NCBI GenBank assembly: GCA_963847705.1
Contig: CAWKBC010000027.1
Location: 768,001-832,000, forward strand
Reading direction: 5' to 3'
Length of the DNA stretch: 64,000 bases
Source of the DNA: an uncultured Pseudomonadota bacterium
Lineage (GTDB): Bacteria; Myxococcota_A; Polyangia; Fen-1088
The translations under genes were made by a program, and so were the position numbers. Below, piece by piece: positions 52,412-64,000 of the stretch (the stretch's first letter is position 1; each line of letters starts with the position of its first letter). The notes under the pieces were generated by a model. That model had not been told where the DNA came from and made no database searches. It worked only from the letters and a program-made list of their open reading frames with translations.

Positions 52412-54314
52412 GGACGGTGCGCCCGCCCTTCGTCTGCCGGAAAAATGAGGGTGAAGGTGGTCCCGCCGCCGACGCTGCTGTCGACCGTGACGGTGCCGCC
52501 GTGGTCCTCCACGGTGCGATGCACGAACGAGAGCCCCAGCCCGGTCCCCGAACGATCGCCCTTGGTGGTGAAGAACGGATCGAAGATGCGTGGCAGATGT
52601 TCGGCGCTGATCCCGGTGCCGCTGTCGCCGATCCGGACGCGCACGACCTTGTCCTCGATCTGACTGGTCTCCAGCGTCAGCGTCCCGCCCTTCTTCATGG
52701 CGCTGCGCGCGTTCTGGATGATCTGGATGAACGACTCTTGCAGCTGCGTGGCGCTGCCGCGCACGGCGGGGGTGGCGCCGTACTTCCGCACCACCGCGAT
52801 CCCGGCCGCCGCCATGTCGCTCGGCCCGCACAGCTCCACCGCGTCGTCGAGGGTGCGCGCCAGATCGACCGGCGTGGTGTCGTGCCCGCTCTGCCGCTGG
52901 GCGAGCCGCAGCATGTTCTGCACGATCTTGCGGATGCGCAGCGCCTCGCTCTCCAGATCCTGCAAGAGCGGCCGGGCCGGATGCCCGGCCGGCAGATCGG
53001 CGATGAGCAATTGCACGATCCCCAGCGCGCCGGTCAGCGGATTGTTGATCTCGTGCGCGACGCCCGCGCCCAGCTCGCCCAGCGCCGAGAGCGAGCGCGA
53101 ACGGAAGAGAAGGTCCTGCGCCTGCCGCAGCTCGGTGGTCTTGTCCGCGACCCGCTTCTCCAGCGTCTGGTTCCAGGCCTTGATCTCGTCGGTCTGCTGC
53201 GTGATCTTCTGCCGCGCCGCTTCCAGGCCGGTGGCCATCTGGTTGAAGGCCACCGCCAGCTCCCCCAGCTCGTCGGGCGCCGCCGGCGCGATCCGGGCCT
53301 CCAGCTGGCCGGCGCCGATCTGGCGCGACCCCACCACCAGCGCCGCCACCCGATCGCTCAGGCGCCGGGCGAAGATCCGCGCCGCGATCGAGCCGATGAG
53401 GGCCGCCACCGCGATCCAGATCAGCGTGGCCCAGGTGATCTGGTTGACCGGCAGCAGCGCGGCGTCGACGGTCTTGTCGACCAGCGCCCCCATCCCCCAG
53501 CGGGCGACCGGAGCAAAGGCGCCGATGAGCCGCCGCCCGTCGCGCACGTAATCGGCGACGATCGGCCCCGAGGGGGCCTCTCCCTCGCGCGTGCCGGGCA
53601 GTCGGATGGTGCCGAGGCTGCCGACGCCGCCATGCGCCGACGAGGCGATGAGCCGCGCCCGCCCGTCGGTCAGCGCGACCTCCGTATCGGCGTTGCCCAA
53701 CGAGGCGACGTAGCTCCCCAGCCGCTTGAGCGACACCTCGGCCGCCAGGATCCGCCGCCCGCCGCCCAGCTTCGGATCGAAGGCGACCGCCAGCACCACG
53801 TGCGGCAGCCGCATCGGCCCCCCCAGGAAGATCGGTCCCATCCCCTCCCCGGCGCCAAGCGCCGCGCCGAGCGGGGCCATGAGGCCGACCCCCTCGACGT
53901 CGGTCGGCCGCATCGGCTCGTGCCCCTTGAGGGCATCGTAGCGGTTCGGGTTCTCGAGATAGGCCGGCTGCCCGATCAGCGTGCCGTGCTCGTCGAACAT
54001 GGCGACGGCGCAGAAGTCGTCGCTCTGGTGATAGACGAGCTGCAGAAATTTCAACAGCGCCTCCGACGACGGACTCTCGTTCGCCGAGGAGCGGGTCAGA
54101 TCGAAGATCTTCGCGTCCACCCGCAGGATCGACAGCTGGTTGTCGATGTGGCTCTCGGCGTAGCCCGCCACCTGCTTGGCGACGGTCAGCTCGTTCTCTC
54201 GAGCGCGTTGCGCAGGGCCCCCTGGCCGATGTACAGCGACGAATAGCCGGCGATGCCGAGCGGCAGCACCGAGACGCCGATGGCCAGCAAGGTCAGCTTG
54301 GAGAGGAGCTTCAT
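52408..54314 (-). CDS. Membrane sensor histidine kinase (Cache-like + HAMP); frameshift near 54197
   Basis: TM1 in MKLLSKLTLLAIG..; periplasmic domain; TM2; HAMP DELGELA.AFNQM; AHEINNPL, DPFFTTK and GTGLGL. Confidence 0.88.
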
Positions 54315-55667
54315 GGTCCGACGCTCCCCGGACAGCCGCCGTCGGGGGTGAGGGGAGCGGGGAGGGAGACGGCTGCATCGGCGGCGGCGTCCACCACCGC
54401 CGGCAGATATCCGTACGGCACGCCTGCTCCGGTCAAGGAACCGCCGAGCGCATCCGCCGCCGCGACCGTCTCCGTCCCCATCCCGGGCGGGGTGAAGCCC
54501 TCGACCCGGTTGGCGTTCACGAAGGTCGGGCAGACCAGCAGCCTGCCGTCGAAGGTGATCACCGTGGTCGCGGTCCGAAAGTTCTCGCCGACGATCGTGA
54601 TCGGCGTGAAGCCGCTCTGGGGGCCGGAGGTCGGGCTGACCTCGCGCACCGTCGGCGGCGACAGGTAGGTGAACGAACCGGTGAGCGTCGCGGAGGCGCC
54701 GCCGGTCGTGACGGTCACGGCCGTCGGTCCAGCCGCGTGCGGTGGGGTGAGCGCGGTGATCGAGGTCGGCGTGACGTCGTAGAGCGTCGCGACCTGGCCG
54801 TCGAACGCCACCTGCGTCACTCCGGCCACGAAGCTGGCTCCGGAGAGCGTCACCGCCGTCCCCCCCTGCGTCGAGCCGGAGCTGGGAGAGAATCCCGCCG
54901 GGAGGGGCGCCGGGACCAGCGGCATCGCGGCGTGGGCGGTCTGGATGAGGCCACCGGTGCCGGTCGCCTGGGCCTCGATCGTCAACATGTCTCCATCGGC
55001 CGTCGGGGCGGGCGCTGGAAAGCGGAACGTGCACGAGGCGCGGGGTCCTCCGGTCAGCGAACAGGTCTCCGTCGAGGGCGCCGCCGTGCCCGCGGTGATT
55101 GTCACCGCCAGGCCAGTCAGGGTGCCATAGCCGTCGTCGGCCGCGACGAGCACGTCGACGGATGCGTTCGCGCCGATCGCGCTGCCGTCGCGCGGGTTGG
55201 TGATGCTGACCGTCGGGGGCGTGGTGTCCGTCCCCAGCGAGGTAAAGGCCAGAGCGAGGCGCGTGCTGTGTCCGCGGGGATCGGCCGACGATCAAATCGT
55301 ACTGCCCTCCGGGGAGTCCGGGCGGAACGATGGCGCTCAGGATGTTGACGCTCACCCAGGTGACCTGCTCGAGGGCGAAGCTGCTCGACCCGGTCGTCGC
55401 CTGGGGCGCCGACGCGGCCTGGCCCACCAGCGTCGCGCTGAACCCGCTGACCTCGACGCCGGCGCTCCCGGCCGTGGTGTCGAACTGGTAGGCGGGACGA
55501 AACACCCCTCCATCCATGGTGGCAAAGATGTTGGCCGCCACCGGAGCGTTGTTGTACGCCATGGCGGGCGTCATCTGACCGAGAACGGCGGGCGGCTCCG
55601 CGCTGAGGCCGCACCCCGCGACGGTGCCCAGGAAAAACGCGGCCGTGGCGGTCCTAGCCGGGGGCAT
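54311..55667 (-). CDS. IPT/TIG-domain lipoprotein; frameshift near 55285
   Basis: Lipobox VAGC; IPT units SPSSGSTQGGTAVTLSG.SF and SPTSGPQSGFTPITIVGENF. Confidence 0.75.
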
Positions 55668-55734
55668 CGCGCGCATTCTAACACCGAGGAGAGCCCATCC
55701 CGTGCGGGCCGATCGGTCGAGAGTCAGTCGAGAG

Positions 55735-56469
55735 TCAGTCGAAAAAGGCCTCGGTCCTGATCTGAGCCTTGCGGTTCACGCCCCGGGCGATGAGCTCACG
55801 CTTGACCTCGGTGATCATGGCGCCGTTGCCGACCAGGTAAAACGTGGGCGAAACCAGCTGGGGGAGGCTGTCCAGCAAGGCGGCCGTGATCCGCCCGCGC
55901 CCGCCGTGCCAGGAGGCGTCCGGGGCGGTGAGGAAGATCCGCAGGTCGGCGGAGGCGCGCCTCGCCAGCGCCTCAATCTCGGCGCGGGCGAAGAGATCGG
56001 CCTCTTCGCGGGCCCCCCACATGACGATGCAGCGGCGGGACTCTTTGCCGCTCTCGCGGCGGCGGCCGAGCTCGCCCAGCATCGGCATCACGGCCGAGAT
56101 GCCGGTCCCGGTCGCGCCAAAGAGGACGTCGCCCGGGTGCACCGGGTCGAGCACGAAGAAGCCGTGCGGACCGGTCATGTTCAGCACGGTCCCGATCGGA
56201 AGCGACATCAGGAACTCCGAGGCCTTGCCCTCGGGGATCACCCGGATGATGAACCGCAGGACCTCGCCGGCGTCGCTCTGGGAGGCGATCGAGTAGCTGC
56301 GGCGTGGGATGAGGTCGGCGCCGGGTGCGTCGGGGCCGATCGACATCGAGACGAACTGGCCGGCCTTGAACTCGAGGCGGGACGGCGAGCGGAGCGCGAA
56401 GGAGAGCTCAGCGATGTTGGCGGCGATCGTTTCGCGGGCGATGAGCTCCGCGGTGAAGGGGGCTGGCAT
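55735..56469 (-). CDS. FNR-like FAD/NAD(P)-binding oxidoreductase
   Basis: FKAGQF, RSYSIAS, GKASEFL, GPHGFF, ATGTGI and C-terminal EAFF. Confidence 0.85.
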   Translation of the reverse strand: MPAPFTAELIARETIAANIAELSFALRSPSRLEFKAGQFVSMSIGPDAPGADLIPRRSYSIASQSDAGEVLRFIIRVIPEGKASEFLMSLPIGTVLNMTGPHGFFVLDPVHPGDVLFGATGTGISAVMPMLGELGRRRESGKESRRCIVMWGAREEADLFARAEIEALARRASADLRIFLTAPDASWHGGRGRITAALLDSLPQLVSPTFYLVGNGAMITEVKRELIARGVNRKAQIRTEAFFD

Positions 56470-56506
56470 CGGCGCGATCATAATCGAGGCGTGCTAGCTT
56501 CGCCGA

Positions 56507-57229
56507 ATGTCCCGAACGTCGATGTCCGCGCGCCAAAAGCTGACCTCTGTGGCCCTGGTCGCATTCCTGGCGGCCGCGAGCGGCGGCGCCTGCAGCAAGA
56601 CGGACGAGGCCGGCAAGCCGTCGACGGTCCCTCCGCTGGATCCAGCCACTGCGCCGAGCGCGCCGGCAACCGCCACGCCCCCGCCAGCGATGCCAGCGGC
56701 AGCGATGCCCGCGGCAGCGCCCCCGGCTGAGGCGCCTGCCGCCGACAGCCCCGGCGCGTCGATCACCGGCTCCATCGTCCTCGCCCCCTCGGTCGCCAAG
56801 GCGAGGCCGAAGGGGGGGACGCTGTACCTCGTGGCGCGCCGGATCTCCGACAATCCGACGGCACGCGGGACGCTCATCGCGGTGAGGAAGCTCCCGGCGA
56901 CCAGGTTCCCGCTGCCCTTCTCGCTCACCGCCGCCGACATGCCCTTCCAGAACGGTCCGTTCGACGGCGACCTGGTGCTGACCGCGCGCATCGATCAGGA
57001 CGGCGATCCGCTGACCCACGAAAAAGGGGACGTCTTTGGCTCGCTGCCCAAGGTCCCGGTCGGCTCGCACGACGTGAAGCTGGCGCTCGACCAGGTGCAA
57101 AAGGAGACCGAATCGCTGGCCGCCGGCGCCCCGATCATGGGCGGGATGGGCGCGCCCGGAGCGGCCGGCGCGATGCCGCCCGGGCATCCCCCGATGGGGG
57201 GCGGCGCGCTCCCTCCCGGCCACCCATAG
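56507..57229 (+). CDS. Lipoprotein resembling the C-terminal Ig-like domain of cytochrome c maturation protein CcmI/CycH
   Basis: Lipobox-like GGAC; GTLYLVAR..AVRKL...FPL.FSL...D and ARIDQDGD.....GD..G; C-terminal MPPGHPP x2. Confidence 0.55.
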   Translation: MSRTSMSARQKLTSVALVAFLAAASGGACSKTDEAGKPSTVPPLDPATAPSAPATATPPPAMPAAAMPAAAPPAEAPAADSPGASITGSIVLAPSVAKARPKGGTLYLVARRISDNPTARGTLIAVRKLPATRFPLPFSLTAADMPFQNGPFDGDLVLTARIDQDGDPLTHEKGDVFGSLPKVPVGSHDVKLALDQVQKETESLAAGAPIMGGMGAPGAAGAMPPGHPPMGGGALPPGHP

Positions 57230-57251
57230 CCAGAGGCCATGTGATCGCGTC

Positions 57252-57377
57252 GGGCTCGCGCGAGCTTGGCTCGCGCGAGCCCATCGCGGGGGGCGCGGGA
57301 CCCTTTCAGGGTCCCGATGTATGAGTCGCGCGAGCTTGGCTCGCGCGAGCCCATCGCGGTGGGCGCGGGACCCTTTC
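57252..57377. repeat. Palindromic intergenic element, two 52-bp copies with 70-bp period (REP-like)
   Basis: 57256-57307 and 57326-57377 differ by one base. Hairpins GGGCTCGCGCGAGC-TTG-GCTCGCGCGAGCCC and CGGGACCCT-TTC-AGGGTCCCG. Confidence 0.8.
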
Positions 57378-57411
57378 TTGGGGGCCTGCATGTGGTAGTT
57401 TCCGCGGCAAC

Positions 57412-57651
57412 ATGGACTACAAAAAGCTGCGCGACATGGTCAGCCACCGGACGACGTTCGAGTACGACTCGGGGGCGAAGATCATCGGAACGATCGCCGC
57501 CTGCATGCCGGCGAACGGGCCGGTGCAGATGCTGGTGCTGTCGAAGGTGCAGGTGCTCGACGCGAACCAGAGCGTCATCGCCAAGTACGAAGAGCTGCCG
57601 CTCGTCCCCAACAACCTGATCGGCTTCCAGATCACCGAGGGGCCATTGTGA
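57412..57651 (+). CDS. Small hypothetical protein (79 aa)
   Basis: Typical codon usage, protein-like composition, GTGA overlap with the next gene. Confidence 0.7.
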   Translation: MDYKKLRDMVSHRTTFEYDSGAKIIGTIAACMPANGPVQMLVLSKVQVLDANQSVIAKYEELPLVPNNLIGFQITEGPL

Positions 57652-59159
57652 AGCGAGCGGCGACCACGGTCGCCGTTTGGGTCGCGTTGCTCGCGGGGGC
57701 CTGCGCCGGGCCGGCTTATACGATCGTCGATGACCCGTTCGACATCGCGGAGACCACGAGCGCCCCGGAGATCAGCGCGATCGTCGACGCGGGCGGGGGG
57801 GACGTGACGCTGTCGGGGCCGCTGGCGATGGAGGCGTCGGACGGTGTGGCGGTCATCGGGGAGACGCTCTGGGTGCGTGGCAGCTCGTTCGGCAAGCAAC
57901 CGACGGTCCTGGTGGGGGGCCGGCCCGCGGCGGTCCTGGGACGCACGCGGGAGGGGGGCCTGGTGGTGCGCGTCCCGGCCGGGACGCCGACCGGCTCGCA
58001 GGCGGTGGTGGTGAGCAACGAGCTCGGCAAGAGCGAGCGCCCCATCTCCGTCCGCCGCTACGCCGCGGTGCTGGCGCCGGGCAGCGGTCAGATCGGCTGG
58101 GCCGTGGTCGGCGCCGACGGACCGATCGCAGCGGGCGCCACGCCTGTTCCGGAGGCGCGCTGGCTGGCGCTCTCGAGCGACGGCCGCGCGGCCTACGTCG
58201 CGGAGACGCGCGGCGGGACGATCGACGTGATCGATCTGCCGGCGCCCGGCGCGCCGAAGCTGATCTACAAGCTGGAGCTGGGGAGCGCCGGCGGTCCGGT
58301 GCTGGCCCTGGCCGCGGCCGCGCACGCGCCGGTGCTCGCCGTGGTGCGCGCCAACGACGTCGTGCTCGTGGATACGAGCTCGCCGCTGCACCCGGCGCGC
58401 AGCGCGCCGCGCGCGTTCCCGCTGTCGGTGCGCGACGCCAAGATTGCGGCCGCCGACATCTCGCCCGACGGCAAGCTGCTGGCGCTCGCCACCCAGGCGG
58501 GAAACCAGGTCGTGATCCTCGATCTCGGTCCGTCCGGCCAGGCGCCGATCGCCAGCGTGCTGGCCATCGCGCCGGAGATCCGCGAGAGCATCCTCTGTGA
58601 CGTGGCGTTCGCGCCGGCCGGCGACACGCTCTGGGTCCTTTCCGGTGACACCCCCAGGAGCGCGGTGGTCGGTCCGGAGCCGACGCAGCTGCGGGCGGTT
58701 CGCCTGACGAGCGATTCGCAGACGCTGGTCCGCCTGACGGCGGCCCGGCTGGTCGAGATCACCGACGCCGCGGCGCCCGCGCGGGTCAGTGTCGGCCGCG
58801 CGTTGCCGCTGGCGAGCGGCGCGGCGATCCGCTTGCCGCCGGAGCGCAACACCGTGTTCTTCGCCGCCGCCGCGCAGGCGGGCGGTGGGACCGGGATCTT
58901 TCGCCTCGACGCCGAGGATGCCGCGACGGTGATCGTGGCCAGCCCGGCACGCGTCGGACGTCCGGATATCTCGCCCGAGGGGCGCTGGCTGCTGGCGCCG
59001 GCGGCGTCGCCCGACGGTGCGGTGCGCGTCCTGGCGGCGGCCATCGACGGACGCCCGGCGCCCGCCGGTGCCGCGCTTCCCGTCGACGCGATCGCTGCGT
59101 TGCCAGGCGAGGGACCGCCTGCCGCGCGCCCGACGCCCGAGCTGAGGATTCAGCCCTGA
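57648..59159 (+). CDS. Lipoprotein with IPT-like domain and beta-propeller repeats
   Basis: Lipobox AGAC; GSSFG..PTVLVGG; blades ALSSDGRAAYV, ISPDGKLL, FAPAGDTLWV and ISPEGRWL. Confidence 0.7.
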   Translation: MKRAATTVAVWVALLAGACAGPAYTIVDDPFDIAETTSAPEISAIVDAGGGDVTLSGPLAMEASDGVAVIGETLWVRGSSFGKQPTVLVGGRPAAVLGRTREGGLVVRVPAGTPTGSQAVVVSNELGKSERPISVRRYAAVLAPGSGQIGWAVVGADGPIAAGATPVPEARWLALSSDGRAAYVAETRGGTIDVIDLPAPGAPKLIYKLELGSAGGPVLALAAAAHAPVLAVVRANDVVLVDTSSPLHPARSAPRAFPLSVRDAKIAAADISPDGKLLALATQAGNQVVILDLGPSGQAPIASVLAIAPEIRESILCDVAFAPAGDTLWVLSGDTPRSAVVGPEPTQLRAVRLTSDSQTLVRLTAARLVEITDAAAPARVSVGRALPLASGAAIRLPPERNTVFFAAAAQAGGGTGIFRLDAEDAATVIVASPARVGRPDISPEGRWLLAPAASPDGAVRVLAAAIDGRPAPAGAALPVDAIAALPGEGPPAARPTPELRIQP

Positions 59160-59164
59160 AGAGG

Positions 59165-59452
59165 GTGCGTGCCGTGGTGCGGGGCCGCGTGCAGGGGGTC
59201 GGTTTCCGCGCCTCTGCGGCGCACGAGGCGCGCCGTCTCGGCGTCGCCGGCTGGGTCCGGAACCTGCACGACGGAACCGTCGAGCTGGAGGCGCGCGGCG
59301 CGCCGGCCGCGGTCGACGCGCTCTGCGCCTGGCTGGCCCAGGGACCACGCGGCGCGCGGGTGACGGGCGTGGACGCTTACGAGGTGCCCGCCACGAATGA
59401 GATCCAAGATCGGCTGGGCGGGAATGACGGGGACGGATTCGAGATACGCTGA
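59165..59452 (+). CDS. acyP: Acylphosphatase
   Basis: GRVQGVGFR and GWVRN..DGTVE. Confidence 0.92.
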   Translation: MRAVVRGRVQGVGFRASAAHEARRLGVAGWVRNLHDGTVELEARGAPAAVDALCAWLAQGPRGARVTGVDAYEVPATNEIQDRLGGNDGDGFEIR

Positions 59453-59506
59453 CGCTGCACACGGATCACACGCTGACTTGCACGCTGACTCGCGCGGAGG
59501 GCGCTC

Positions 59507-61492
<1,986 letters not shown>

Positions 61493-61538
61493 CCGCCCCC
61501 GTCGACCGGGTCGGCGAGCGGAAGGGGCCGCGCGTGAC

Positions 61539-63578
<2,040 letters not shown>

Positions 63579-63617
63579 TGGGGCGCCATCGTACCGCGAA
63601 TGGGTTATATACGCCGC

Positions 63618-63791
63618 ATGGCGCTCAACCCAGAGCTCATCGATATCCTCGCTTGCCCCAAATGTAAGGGCGCCCTCAAGCTGCGGGGCGACGAATCGGC
63701 CTTCGAGTGCGGGGTCTGCAAGCTGTCGTACGCCGTCGTCGACGACATTCCGAACTTCATCCTCGAAGAGGCAAAGCCGCTCAGTCCCTGA
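63618..63791 (+). CDS. Trm112-like (UPF0434/YcaR) protein
   Basis: LIDILACPKCKG.L....C..C...Y.V.DDIP. Confidence 0.88.
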   Translation: MALNPELIDILACPKCKGALKLRGDESAFECGVCKLSYAVVDDIPNFILEEAKPLSP

Positions 63792-63870
63792 GAGCGAAGC
63801 CGCTCAGTCCCTGAGAGCGAAGCCGCTCAGTCCCTGAGAGCGAAGCCGCTCAGCACCTGACGCGAAGCCG
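63774..63870. repeat. 23-bp tandem repeat (3 exact copies + 1 degenerate) starting inside the Trm112-like gene end
   Basis: AAGCCGCTCAGTCCCTGAGAGCG at 63774, 63797 and 63820; variant at 63843. Confidence 0.9.
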
Positions 63871-64000
63871 AAGTACCAGAGACGTGAAGTACCGCATCTG
63901 ACGGTCCGCCAAATCATGGGCAGACCGACGATCGCCACCGGTTGAGCTGCTTCTGGTTTTTTTGCGCTCTTCAGGGGGAGCCTTACACTGCCAGTATGAG

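Noticed and set aside
57256-57377. Possible mini-CRISPR or tRNA
   Set aside because: Only two 52-bp copies with an 18-bp gap, and no cloverleaf or T-loop consensus.
63774-63870. Possible CRISPR array
   Set aside because: Units are directly adjacent with no unique spacers, and no cas genes are visible.

Overview
Very GC-rich bacterial DNA with about 46 densely packed CDSs. I see no rRNA, tRNA, transposase or CRISPR array. Two Hanks-type Ser/Thr kinases, an FHA-GAF sigma-54 activator, two giant TPR-like proteins and many lipoproteins suggest a myxobacterium (Myxococcota; this is an inference). Housekeeping genes include namZ-like, nadD, rnc, a CCA-type nucleotidyltransferase, rlmN-like, a DEAD-box helicase, acs and acyP. 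The strongest candidate for an undescribed system is a five-gene cluster at 25925-33212. It encodes a 6-heme lipoprotein, a membrane flavo-iron-sulfur/cytochrome-b protein with an apparently circularly permuted thioredoxin-reductase-like fold, 20-heme and 10-heme cytochromes, and a probable outer-membrane beta-barrel. Together these could form an electron path from cytoplasmic NAD(P)H to the cell surface. Other notable items: an apparent cysteine desulfurase-MnmA fusion; a kinase/FHA-activator operon beside a near-consensus sigma-54 promoter for a lipoprotein pair; a response-regulator-less envelope signalling operon; a degenerate ETF pair; and recurrent leaderless promoter geometry. Eight genes carry single-base frameshifts, seven of them at or beside GATC, most likely sequencing errors at methylated sites. 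All functional calls come from motif recognition by eye; no database search was run.
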